A stretch of 64,000 nucleotides of DNA from an archaeon (GTDB lineage: Archaea > Nanobdellota > Nanobdellia > Pacearchaeales > GW2011-AR1), in the NCBI GenBank assembly GCA_043822125.1, contig JBDRCB010000006.1:123520-187519 (forward strand), written 5' to 3'. The notes below the pieces were generated by a model, which was not told the DNA's origin, did no database searches, and worked only from the letters and a program-made list of their open reading frames with translations. The stretch's first letter is position 1. Each line of letters opens with the position of its first letter. A program made the position numbers and the translations under genes. Below, piece by piece: positions 29,404 to 37,440 of the stretch.

Positions 29404-30715
29404 TCTAAAAAATTCAGTTTATGCAGTAAGTCAGGAATCAGATTACCTCACAAAAAAAGTCAGATACGAAAATAAGGTCAATGGAAAATTATTAATTATG
29501 CCCCTATTTTCTCCTTATATAAGAAGTTCTTTTGATTTGAAGATTCTTACCAAGTATATTTCAGATTATAATTATTCTCATAATTTAAGGGGGATTGTTG
29601 TGCCTATAGATAGAGCTGATTTATTAGATAAGGTTCCAGAAACTATGAAAAATACTTCTCTTGTGATTATAGATACACTTCCAGAAGTTTTTTATTATGG
29701 TTCTCTGAAAAAAGAAATTTATCAAAGGTATTCAAAAATTTCTGGATTACCTAAAGAAATAGTAAAGTTATTACAAACGCCAAATAATACACAAAATTGG
29801 GCTTCAAAAGAAGACCAATATTCAGAGATGATTGATTCAATTTTATTAGAAGATGATGTTAGGGTTAAACTAACTACGGCTGTAATAAATGCACAATTAG
29901 AAAAAGATGTGGATATAGTAATACCTTTCTCTCCTTTAATATTAAATGATTCAGTAAGTTTTCTTGCAACCCAAAGATTTTATGAACAGGCTCAAAGATT
30001 ATTTTTAGGAACTATAACAGATATAGACGAAGAACTTGGAAAGAGAATAGCATTACCTTTATTCCTTCATGAATCCATTCTATTTAATACAAAATTAATA
30101 AATCAAATTATTAATTATATTAATACCAATGAACATGCCTCAATTGTATTAAAAATATACTTTTCTGGAAATAAAAATGTTAAAGATTTAGATTTTGACC
30201 AAGTTATAAATTTATCAAATTTACTAAAAGCTATAGGGATTTATTCCAAATTTAATTCCTGCCCCGTACACTTACTTTGTGATTTATCTCTTGGATTAAT
30301 TTCTCTAATGTATGGATTTGATAGTTATTCCCAACCATTTAATGATAAGCAAATTGAAACAGAAGGAGCTCCAGATATAACAAAATTAAAATTAAGGAAT
30401 CCTACAATTGATTATGGAAAAATCTATAGTATGGATTTAAGGAAAAAAATTTACCACAAAAATTATGTCGCTCATATAAAATATAATAAAAATATCCTTC
30501 CATGTCCTGCAAATAAATATTGCAACAAACACATAAGTGGTTTAGATGTTTTAAATATGAAAAGACATACCTTTTGGGAACATGCAAGACTTCATAATTT
30601 AGAGAGTAAAAATTATGAGATAGATGAGATATTAGATTCAATACGGGAAAAAACTATTAGAGTCTTTAAAAGTAGATTTAATAACTTTTTTAATCAAGCA
30701 ATACTCCCAAATTAA
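29378..30715 (+). CDS. Uncharacterised 445-aa protein (no recognisable catalytic motif; C-terminal Cys/His cluster CPANKYCNKH...H...H)
   Basis: Long ORF in a low-GC genome, coupled to the upstream wHTH gene. Internal repeat-like PLFSPYI / PFSPLIL segments. Confidence 0.45.
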   Translation: MGKNTMSTNLKNSVYAVSQESDYLTKKVRYENKVNGKLLIMPLFSPYIRSSFDLKILTKYISDYNYSHNLRGIVVPIDRADLLDKVPETMKNTSLVIIDTLPEVFYYGSLKKEIYQRYSKISGLPKEIVKLLQTPNNTQNWASKEDQYSEMIDSILLEDDVRVKLTTAVINAQLEKDVDIVIPFSPLILNDSVSFLATQRFYEQAQRLFLGTITDIDEELGKRIALPLFLHESILFNTKLINQIINYINTNEHASIVLKIYFSGNKNVKDLDFDQVINLSNLLKAIGIYSKFNSCPVHLLCDLSLGLISLMYGFDSYSQPFNDKQIETEGAPDITKLKLRNPTIDYGKIYSMDLRKKIYHKNYVAHIKYNKNILPCPANKYCNKHISGLDVLNMKRHTFWEHARLHNLESKNYEIDEILDSIREKTIRVFKSRFNNFFNQAILPN

Positions 30716-30930
30716 TTCTTTGATTTTTCAATAATAATTTTTCCTTTCTCAGCCCTTACATGAAGCCTCTTACCTAAAAGACCAGAAATTTTTACAATTT
30801 CTTTTGGTATTGATGGAATCATATATTTTTTGTATTCTTTATCACCAACCTTTTTATTAGATACTTCTGCAATTTTCATTAATTAAATTAGAATAATAAT
30901 ATTTATAAATATGTCGGTACCATAATTTAT

Positions 30931-31446
30931 ATGGAAAGAACTAATGAAATGTTAAAGTTGGGCGAAGCATTTGTTAATGAGGGGATTAAAAGGTTGAAGG
31001 AATATAAAATAGAAAGACCAAATTTTATATATGACCGACACAAAATGATTATAAAAAAGAGATTTGCTGTTGTTGAGTTTATTAATGGATTAGAATTAAT
31101 TCTAAAGGCGGTTATGATAAGAAAAGGGTATAATATCTATATCTTAAAAAGGAAATTATTCAAAAAGAATGAGAAGATGTCTAACATGATTAATCCAAAA
31201 AGAACTATAGATTTATTGGATGTAATTGAATTTTTTAGAAAAAATTATCGTGATTTACCTTTCAATGGGATTGATGAACTAAGAGAAATAAGAAACCAAA
31301 TTGTCCATAAGGGAACTGAAATAGGGACAAAAAAGAGAGAATATTTTATTGATTCAATAAATTGTATAATTGGTATATATAGCCAAGAAGGAATTAAACA
31401 CAGAAAATTCTTAACACAGCTGGAGGGGTCAAAAGAACTTATTTGA
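30931..31446 (+). CDS. HEPN-domain protein (canonical R-x4-H motif)
   Basis: LREIRNQIVHKG near the C-terminus, all-helical composition, 171 aa. Confidence 0.5.
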   Translation: MERTNEMLKLGEAFVNEGIKRLKEYKIERPNFIYDRHKMIIKKRFAVVEFINGLELILKAVMIRKGYNIYILKRKLFKKNEKMSNMINPKRTIDLLDVIEFFRKNYRDLPFNGIDELREIRNQIVHKGTEIGTKKREYFIDSINCIIGIYSQEGIKHRKFLTQLEGSKELI

Positions 31447-31469
31447 CTTTTTTAACAAGGGCTACTTAT

Positions 31470-31490
31470 TTAACAAAGCCCAAAACCCAG
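31470..31490. repeat. Right copy of the ~21-bp direct repeat bracketing the 22.4-31.5 kb island (no complementary hairpin half here)
   Basis: TTAACAAAGCCCAAAACCCAG, 35 nt upstream of rps10. Confidence 0.6.
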
Positions 31491-31524
31491 AAACCTTTAA
31501 AAACCAGAATAAAATATTTCTTAT

Positions 31525-31833
31525 ATGCCGAAAGTAAGAATAAAATTAAACAGCACAGACATTAGCATGCTTAATTCTATTTGCGAATCTATCAAGGAAA
31601 TAGCGAAAAAATCAGGAATAACTATCAGCGGTCCTGTTCCACTTCCGACAAAAAAACTCAAAGTCACGACGAGAAAATCACCTTGTGGAGACGGCACAGC
31701 GACTTTTGACAGATTTGAAATGCGGATTCACAAGCGTCTGATTGACCTGCCTGCAAATGAAAAAGTCCTGCACCACATTATGAGAATGAGAATCCCGAAA
31801 AATGTCAATATTAAAATTGAAATGAAAGATTAA
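31525..31833 (+). CDS. rps10: 30S ribosomal protein S10 (uS10)
   Basis: KVRIKLNSTDISMLNSICESIKEIAKKSGITISGPVPLPTKKLKVTTRKSPCGDGTATFDRFEMRIHKRLIDL matches the archaeal uS10 pattern. Confidence 0.9.
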   Translation: MPKVRIKLNSTDISMLNSICESIKEIAKKSGITISGPVPLPTKKLKVTTRKSPCGDGTATFDRFEMRIHKRLIDLPANEKVLHHIMRMRIPKNVNIKIEMKD

Positions 31834-31888
31834 ATGTATACTTTCTATAAACTAAATTATTAAAAAAGGTGTATTTTTTAATTATCTC

Positions 31889-32266
31889 ATGGGTTTAGAT
31901 GGGCTAATATTAGAATGGCCAGAAGATGAAACAAGAGCAGAGCAATTAAGACTAAAGAAAATAGAATATGCTAGAAGGATAAAAAGAAACAAAAGAATTC
32001 TATCAGAAGATACAAATTGCCATCCTGAATTAATCAAGAAGATTTTAAAGGGGTCTCAAAATTACATAAACCTTATTATCCTATCAACATTGCAACGCAG
32101 AAAAAAAATAGATACTTATAATTTTTCATTAGAACTTGCAGAGAGAGGCTTAATTATTAACAGTGAATCAATTGAAAAATACGACGAAGCATGTGATATT
32201 GTTCGAGACTACTGTGAAACTGGCGGGAGAAATGTAAGAGGTGGAACAGGGCTCCCAAAACTGTGA
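31889..32266 (+). CDS. Hypothetical protein
   Basis: 125-aa ORF with no assignable motif. Confidence 0.3.
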   Translation: MGLDGLILEWPEDETRAEQLRLKKIEYARRIKRNKRILSEDTNCHPELIKKILKGSQNYINLIILSTLQRRKKIDTYNFSLELAERGLIINSESIEKYDEACDIVRDYCETGGRNVRGGTGLPKL

Positions 32267-32324
32267 TAAAAATTTATTCAATAAAAACACAAAATCTTAA
32301 ATACTCTTTTTTCTAAATTATTTT

Positions 32325-32624
32325 ATGGAGCGGGATATAGGAAAAATAAAAAAGAACGACACATCAGATATTGTAATTCGTATTGATGATTTCGGAGGGA
32401 AAACAGGGCTGACAATTCGCGAATTTGTAACAAGTGATAGATATACTGGCTTCACAAAAGCAGGTGTAAGAATTTCAGCAGATGATTTTTTAAAATTCAG
32501 AGAAATGATTAATTCAATCTCCCTTGAAGATTTAAAAGATTCAGGAGAAAAAAAGCCTGAAAAACCAAAGCCGAAAAACCAAAAAAGCCTGAATAACTCT
32601 AGTGAAGACTTGCCTGATTACTGA
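32325..32624 (+). CDS. Possible PC4/YdbC-like ssDNA-binding transcriptional-coactivator-fold protein with a Lys/Pro-rich tail
   Basis: IVIRIDDFGGKTGLTIREFVTSDRYTGFTKAGVRISADDFLKFREMI resembles the PC4-like beta-sheet ssDNA-binding fold. The assignment is weak. Confidence 0.3.
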   Translation: MERDIGKIKKNDTSDIVIRIDDFGGKTGLTIREFVTSDRYTGFTKAGVRISADDFLKFREMINSISLEDLKDSGEKKPEKPKPKNQKSLNNSSEDLPDY

Positions 32625-32634
32625 TTCTAGAGTC

Positions 32635-33501
32635 TTAATTTATTTGTTGTTGGGATGGATTTGAAAAGATTTTTTCTAAAATTCTTGATTTCTCCTCACG
32701 GGTCCAGACAGTAATTTTAGCGTCTGGTTCATTAAAAGAAATGTCCCATGCTCTTTCAGGACTTAAATTTAATCTGTAAACATCAACCTTTCTTTTATCA
32801 AATCTCTCCAATGAACTTTCAATCTCTCTTTCATCATAAAAAGATTTGAAAACAACTCTGTCAAACCCCCTGTATGCTAAAAGATTATTTGTGCAGTCGT
32901 TGCATGGAAAAATAGTTGCATAAACAGTAAAACGGTTTAAGTTTAGTCTTGTTATATGCGAGGCAGCATTTTGCTCTGAATGAGTTCCCCAGCATTTTCC
33001 TGTTCCATGAGTAATTCCATATTTCTCTCCTGTTGCTCTTTCTTTTCTGCAGTAGCCTAAATCCAAACAGCTCTCTAAACCAGGAGCAGCACCATTATAC
33101 CCGCTTCCAAGTTCAAGATTAGTCTTACTATCAACAATAACAGTTCCTGCATGAACATTCAAACAAGAAGACCTTCTCGAAGTATCAATTGCCTTTAACA
33201 TAAAATATTCGTCCCACGACGGACGAATATCATTTCTTTCTTTTAAATTTACCATCCCAAAATCAGTAACAAGAGTTTCCCCATCTCTCTGAAAAACCTC
33301 TGTGTGTTCATAATCTCCTAAAATAACATCACCACATTTTAATGCATATTTTGTTTTCAGTCTAGGTTCAAAAGATATCCCCACAGATTCTTCTTTTAAT
33401 TTAATAATCTCAATCCTGCCTTTTAATTTTTTATTAGACTTCTTTAAATGTTTTAAAACAGAATCTAACTTTTTATATATGTTAATCATACATAAATACA
33501 A
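32635..33501 (-). CDS. dCMP deaminase (CDA-fold, ComEB-like) with a ~95-aa N-terminal extension of unknown function
   Basis: RPSWDEYFMLKA...HAGTVIV, zinc ligands HSE...PCNDC. Confidence 0.7.
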   Translation of the reverse strand: MYLCMINIYKKLDSVLKHLKKSNKKLKGRIEIIKLKEESVGISFEPRLKTKYALKCGDVILGDYEHTEVFQRDGETLVTDFGMVNLKERNDIRPSWDEYFMLKAIDTSRRSSCLNVHAGTVIVDSKTNLELGSGYNGAAPGLESCLDLGYCRKERATGEKYGITHGTGKCWGTHSEQNAASHITRLNLNRFTVYATIFPCNDCTNNLLAYRGFDRVVFKSFYDEREIESSLERFDKRKVDVYRLNLSPERAWDISFNEPDAKITVWTREEKSRILEKIFSNPSQQQIN

Positions 33502-33540
33502 TAAAGTAATTTTTAAATACTATTATAATAAAAAAGATAA

Positions 33541-33990
33541 ATGAGACAATATAATTTAACTCCTCCGCAGAGAAAGAATTATTGTGTTCCTTCATGTTTA
33601 CAGGCAATTTTAAGAAAACATAATGCAGAAGTCTCGCAGGACAAAATCGCAAATGTTTTGATAAAAAAAGAAAATGGTTTTATTCCAGAAGGCAAGATGC
33701 TTGAAGAATTTTTAAAACAAAAAGAGTTATTATATAATTTTTATTGGTATAATAAAACACCTTTTAATGAGCCAGATAGTTTATTAGAATTCAATCCTAA
33801 TAAGGACATATTAATAGGCTTAGATGAACACTGTTTCTTGTGTTTAGATTACCAAGAAAATAGGATTATTTTATTAAATCCTAATGATATTTCAATGAAA
33901 GAGATAAATCATCATGACATTTTAAAAAGGATGCATGAGGCAAAATCTGGATTTTTTGGATTGATGAGTAGAATAAAAAATCAATTATGA
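33541..33990 (+). CDS. Peptidase C39-like / papain-fold cysteine peptidase domain protein
   Basis: QRKNYCVPSCLQAIL matches the N-x-C-G/V-P-A/S-[SC] catalytic-Cys motif of C39-like domains. A downstream His is present (GLDEHCF). Confidence 0.35.
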   Translation: MRQYNLTPPQRKNYCVPSCLQAILRKHNAEVSQDKIANVLIKKENGFIPEGKMLEEFLKQKELLYNFYWYNKTPFNEPDSLLEFNPNKDILIGLDEHCFLCLDYQENRIILLNPNDISMKEINHHDILKRMHEAKSGFFGLMSRIKNQL

Positions 33991-34034
33991 TTAATCACAA
34001 TTATCTTTAAAAACAAAAATCTAATTTTATTAAA

Positions 34035-34910
34035 ATGGTAGAAGTAAGAAAAGAAGATTTAGAAAGAGTTAAGGAGCAGATTTATTCTATAAGAGAAAAG
34101 ATTGCTGAAATACAAGGACCAAATTCTGTAGGAGAGAAAGATTTTGTTTATATTGAAGCCAGAGATTTAGATGATTTATATTTCCAGTCAGTAATGGGGG
34201 CACTAAAGCATGGAGAATTAAATCCTGTTGAAGAAGGAAGTCATGCTGGCTCAATTAGATTAGAATTCCCTGGATTTGGTTGTTGTGTTAAAAATCCTAC
34301 TACAAGACCTTTAGCTCCAAGTACTAGAGAAGGTATACCTGTAGCAACAGATGATGAAGCAATTCATAAATATTTTCAGAATTATTTATTAGATGGAAGA
34401 TTAGAACCTAATGAGCATTATAGATATAGTACTTGGATTTCAGGTATTCAAAATCCTAATATTCCATTAGAACATAAAGGAATTCCAAGAGGAACAAGAC
34501 TTAATCAATTAGAATGGTGTGTTAAACATTTTACAGAAAAAGGTTATGGAACAAATCATTGTGCAATAACCGTCGGATGTGCAGAAGGATTACAAAGGTA
34601 TGATTGGCCTTATAAAAATGAATCTGAAAGAGGAACTACAGAATGTTTAAGAGGGATTTCATTAAAAATAAGAAAAGAAAATCAACTAGATGTAAGCACT
34701 TTCTGGAGATCATGGGATTTATATAACGGCTTTCCAGAAAATCTTGGAGGATTTGCTCATTTAATAGAATATACTGCTAATCTAATAAATGCAACAAAAA
34801 AAGAAGAACAATCTGAAGTTAAACCAGGACGACTTTATGCTTATAGCGACGGACTTCATATTTATTCCCACAGCCTTGATTTAGCTAAACTTTGGGCTAA
34901 TATAAATTAA
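34035..34910 (+). CDS. thyA: Thymidylate synthase (ThyA-family, divergent, with ~60-aa N-terminal extension). dUMP/dCMP hydroxymethylase-type activity cannot be excluded
   Basis: The catalytic Cys context NHCAITV corresponds to PCH. RSWDLYNGFPENLGGFAHLIEYTANL corresponds to [30 protein letters not shown] corresponds to GDTHLY. Confidence 0.65.
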   Translation: MVEVRKEDLERVKEQIYSIREKIAEIQGPNSVGEKDFVYIEARDLDDLYFQSVMGALKHGELNPVEEGSHAGSIRLEFPGFGCCVKNPTTRPLAPSTREGIPVATDDEAIHKYFQNYLLDGRLEPNEHYRYSTWISGIQNPNIPLEHKGIPRGTRLNQLEWCVKHFTEKGYGTNHCAITVGCAEGLQRYDWPYKNESERGTTECLRGISLKIRKENQLDVSTFWRSWDLYNGFPENLGGFAHLIEYTANLINATKKEEQSEVKPGRLYAYSDGLHIYSHSLDLAKLWANIN

Positions 34911-34913
34911 CCT

Positions 34914-35450
34914 TCAAACCTGAAACTCTCTCTCGCCCTGAGTAGAAACTCTTCCACCCTGCCACTGTCCACGGTATTCTGAAAAATTTTCTCCTGTTTT
35001 AAAAAAAAGAATATGAACAAATCTTGCTCCAATTTCAATTTTAAAATTATTTTTTCCCAAATTAGCCATCCCAAAAGTCAGCTCCCCTGAATATCCTGGT
35101 GAAGCTGTTGCAGTAAATAAACCAACACCGCATCTCTGCAAAGTTGAACGCGGACGAAAAATAGCAGCAATATCCGACGGTAAATTGACTTTTTCTATTG
35201 TTTTCACCAGCACAAAATCTCCTGGCTTAAGAATAAAATCTTTCTGCTCCCCAAATTTAGCAACAGAACCAGCCCGCGGGGTGTGCCTTTCAACCTCTCC
35301 TAAAAATGCCTCACCGCCCTCAATAACAAAAACTTCTCCTAATCTCAAATCAAAACCCGAACCTTCTGGATTTTCTAATTCACGCTGTGATAAATTTTCA
35401 ACAAGTTTATTTTCTCTTACTAACCTCAACAGCTCTTTTGTTCCTAGCAT
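34914..35450 (-). CDS. dcd: dCTP deaminase (dUTPase superfamily)
   Basis: LKPGDFVLVKTIEKVNLPSDIAAIFRPRSTLQRCGVGL...ASPGYSGELTFGMANLG is typical of Dcd. Confidence 0.85.
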   Translation of the reverse strand: MLGTKELLRLVRENKLVENLSQRELENPEGSGFDLRLGEVFVIEGGEAFLGEVERHTPRAGSVAKFGEQKDFILKPGDFVLVKTIEKVNLPSDIAAIFRPRSTLQRCGVGLFTATASPGYSGELTFGMANLGKNNFKIEIGARFVHILFFKTGENFSEYRGQWQGGRVSTQGEREFQV

Positions 35451-35517
35451 ATTAAAAAAATTTTAATCTATTAATAAAGATTTATGTAATAAAAATAATA
35501 TAAACAAGTTTTTGCAT

Positions 35518-35814
35518 TCAGAACTTTGGCATCAACTCATTATGCCCCACTTGCACAATCAAATCAATTTTTCTCTCAAACTCCCTAGGCAAAATTGGAG
35601 TGTCGCACGCACCAAAACAACTTCCAAGCCAAATCAAAAACTCTGTTTTTCCTTCTGTTTTTCCTTCAAGAAAATCAACAGCAGCAGTTGCATATGGTTT
35701 CAGCCCGTCGGCAAACTGCAGTAAAACAATTTTAGCCCTCTTTTTTTTAATCTCTAAAACTATTTTCTCAAAATCAACTGAATAATTTTTTTCCAAATCT
35801 GACATGGATTTCAT
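35518..35814 (-). pseudogene. Truncated diphthamide synthase Dph2-like fragment (first domain only)
   Basis: KIVLLQFADGLKPYA...GSCFGACD...IDLIVQVGHNEL matches domain 1 of Dph2 (VLIQFPEGLK...CYGACD...DLIIHYGHS). Full-length Dph2 is ~330 aa, but this ORF stops after 98 aa and is followed 68 nt later by the convergent dcd gene. Confidence 0.4.
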
Positions 35815-35838
35815 TAAAAGAACAAGAAAAACTTATTT

Positions 35839-36117
35839 TTAAGAATTACGGCAACCCCTGTCATGCACACTCCACAGTATATTCTTCTCAAGCAGACTAA
35901 ATTTTCCTTCAAGCAAAAATTTATTGGGCTTCTTCCCATAAATTTTAATTAAATTGATTATCTCTCTAATACAGTCACTAAAATTAAGATTTGGAGAATA
36001 AATTGCATATGAAAGAGCCTGTTTGCAAGAATCAATATAAAACCCTTCAGCATAAATATCAAAAAATTCTCTATTCTTAATAACTTCCAGAAGAAATGGA
36101 TTTCTCGAAGAGTTCAT
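35839..36117 (-). CDS. Hypothetical protein
   Basis: 92-aa ORF upstream of the Dph2-like fragment. Confidence 0.25.
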   Translation of the reverse strand: MNSSRNPFLLEVIKNREFFDIYAEGFYIDSCKQALSYAIYSPNLNFSDCIREIINLIKIYGKKPNKFLLEGKFSLLEKNILWSVHDRGCRNS

Positions 36118-36151
36118 AAAAAAAGCTTATCTTAAAACTTTATAAATAAAT

Positions 36152-36850
36152 CTATGCTGAAATAATAATTGTTGAATCCCCTGTAATTTTAAGTTCTTTT
36201 AAATTTCCTTCAAGAAACATCTTCCCTCTTGTGACTTCTAAATCTCCTAAAAAACTCTTTATAGAAACTTCTTCATTCTGTATATTAAAAAACTTTTTTC
36301 CGTCGTCAATCCGCATGACTCCTGATGTAACATAAGCAATCTCTTTAATAAAAGCATTCTCACTAATTTTAAAAGTTTTGTAATTAAATTCTCCTTCAAT
36401 AGAAACTTTCACAGTGTTTCCTGTCCTAGGAAGAACAGGCACCCCATTAACAGAAACTGCAGAAGCCCTCCCTGACAGTTTGGAGATTTTTTCAGAATCA
36501 AAGAAAATCTCCCCGTCATAGCCAGTAAAAACAATGTAATTATCTCCTTGTATTTCAAGTGAGAATTTTTGGTTTCCAACCTGCAGAAATGAATTAGAAC
36601 TTCCTGACAAAACCACTTCTGAGAACTGCCCCTTCAAATTCAATTCGGGAACAGTAAATTCAGCATTTATCCCAACATTTTTTTCAGGTTCAGAATCTCC
36701 TGCAATTTTTCCTGTAAAAGGAAGTCCTCCGTAAAAAGAAGTGTAAATTATCAGCAACAAGACAGTAAGAAAAACAAAAAAAACAAATAACTTAAAACGA
36801 TGTTTTTTAGGAATCGTTCCTCTGAACATTCCAGTTTCATACGCTTCCAC
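36152..36850 (-). CDS. N-terminally membrane-anchored protein (hypothetical)
   Basis: A single TM helix followed by a beta-rich domain. Confidence 0.35.
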   Translation of the reverse strand: MEAYETGMFRGTIPKKHRFKLFVFFVFLTVLLLIIYTSFYGGLPFTGKIAGDSEPEKNVGINAEFTVPELNLKGQFSEVVLSGSSNSFLQVGNQKFSLEIQGDNYIVFTGYDGEIFFDSEKISKLSGRASAVSVNGVPVLPRTGNTVKVSIEGEFNYKTFKISENAFIKEIAYVTSGVMRIDDGKKFFNIQNEEVSIKSFLGDLEVTRGKMFLEGNLKELKITGDSTIIISA

Positions 36851-37440
36851 TATACTTCCCTCCCCATTGCACTGCTTGTTTTTGTAATTCTTCTCTTTTC
36901 ATTAATGCTGTGTTCCAGAAACTTTGAAAACTTTTCAGGTTTATCAATGTTTTTAACCATAGTAGTGCTATCTCTTGCAAATAACCTTACATTCACATTT
37001 CCGAATCTAAATATTCTCTGCCACCAATTCTGGTCAAAGGCAATATAACTTATAGCAAAAAAATCAATCCGTCTGACAGCTTTGCTCGGAGTCAATATTC
37101 CCTGCACATGAACAAGAGAATCCTGATTTATCTCATAAAGACTGTTGTACCGATGGAATTCTGTAAATTTCAAAACAAGTACGCAAAATATAATAGCAGA
37201 ATAAAACGAAATTTTATTTATAGGGTATCCTTCTATTTTAATATAAATCACAACTGAAAGAAGAATAAAAACCATTATATAAAAAGGAAGATAGTACTTT
37301 CTTGAGGTTCTTATTCTCATGATTCCTGTCTCCTCTTTTTTTCCAAGCATTCTTAACAAATACAGAAAGACAATCTTATAAATATTTGTTTTATTTAACA
37401 ACTCTTTTCCTGCGAAAGATAGTTTTATTTTCTCTTTCAA
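36850..37440 (-). CDS. Bacterial PH-domain (bPH_2/YdbS-like, membrane-flanked) protein
   Basis: Two TM helices followed by a domain ending ...QRIFRFGNVNVR, typical of the membrane-flanked PH family. Confidence 0.45.
   Translation of the reverse strand: MKEKIKLSFAGKELLNKTNIYKIVFLYLLRMLGKKEETGIMRIRTSRKYYLPFYIMVFILLSVVIYIKIEGYPINKISFYSAIIFCVLVLKFTEFHRYNSLYEINQDSLVHVQGILTPSKAVRRIDFFAISYIAFDQNWWQRIFRFGNVNVRLFARDSTTMVKNIDKPEKFSKFLEHSINEKRRITKTSSAMGREV

Noticed and set aside
31464-31500. Right island repeat as a rho-independent-type terminator of the HEPN gene
   Set aside because: Unlike the left copy, it lacks the complementary 3' half needed to form the hairpin, so a terminator role alone does not explain the 21-nt identity.
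34035-34910. Calling the ThyA-family gene a dCMP hydroxymethylase (DNA hypermodification)
   Set aside because: I cannot distinguish ThyA from HMase specificity from the motifs visible here. The conserved Cys/Arg/Asp-His-Tyr residues fit either. It is kept as ThyA-family, with the alternative noted in the findings.
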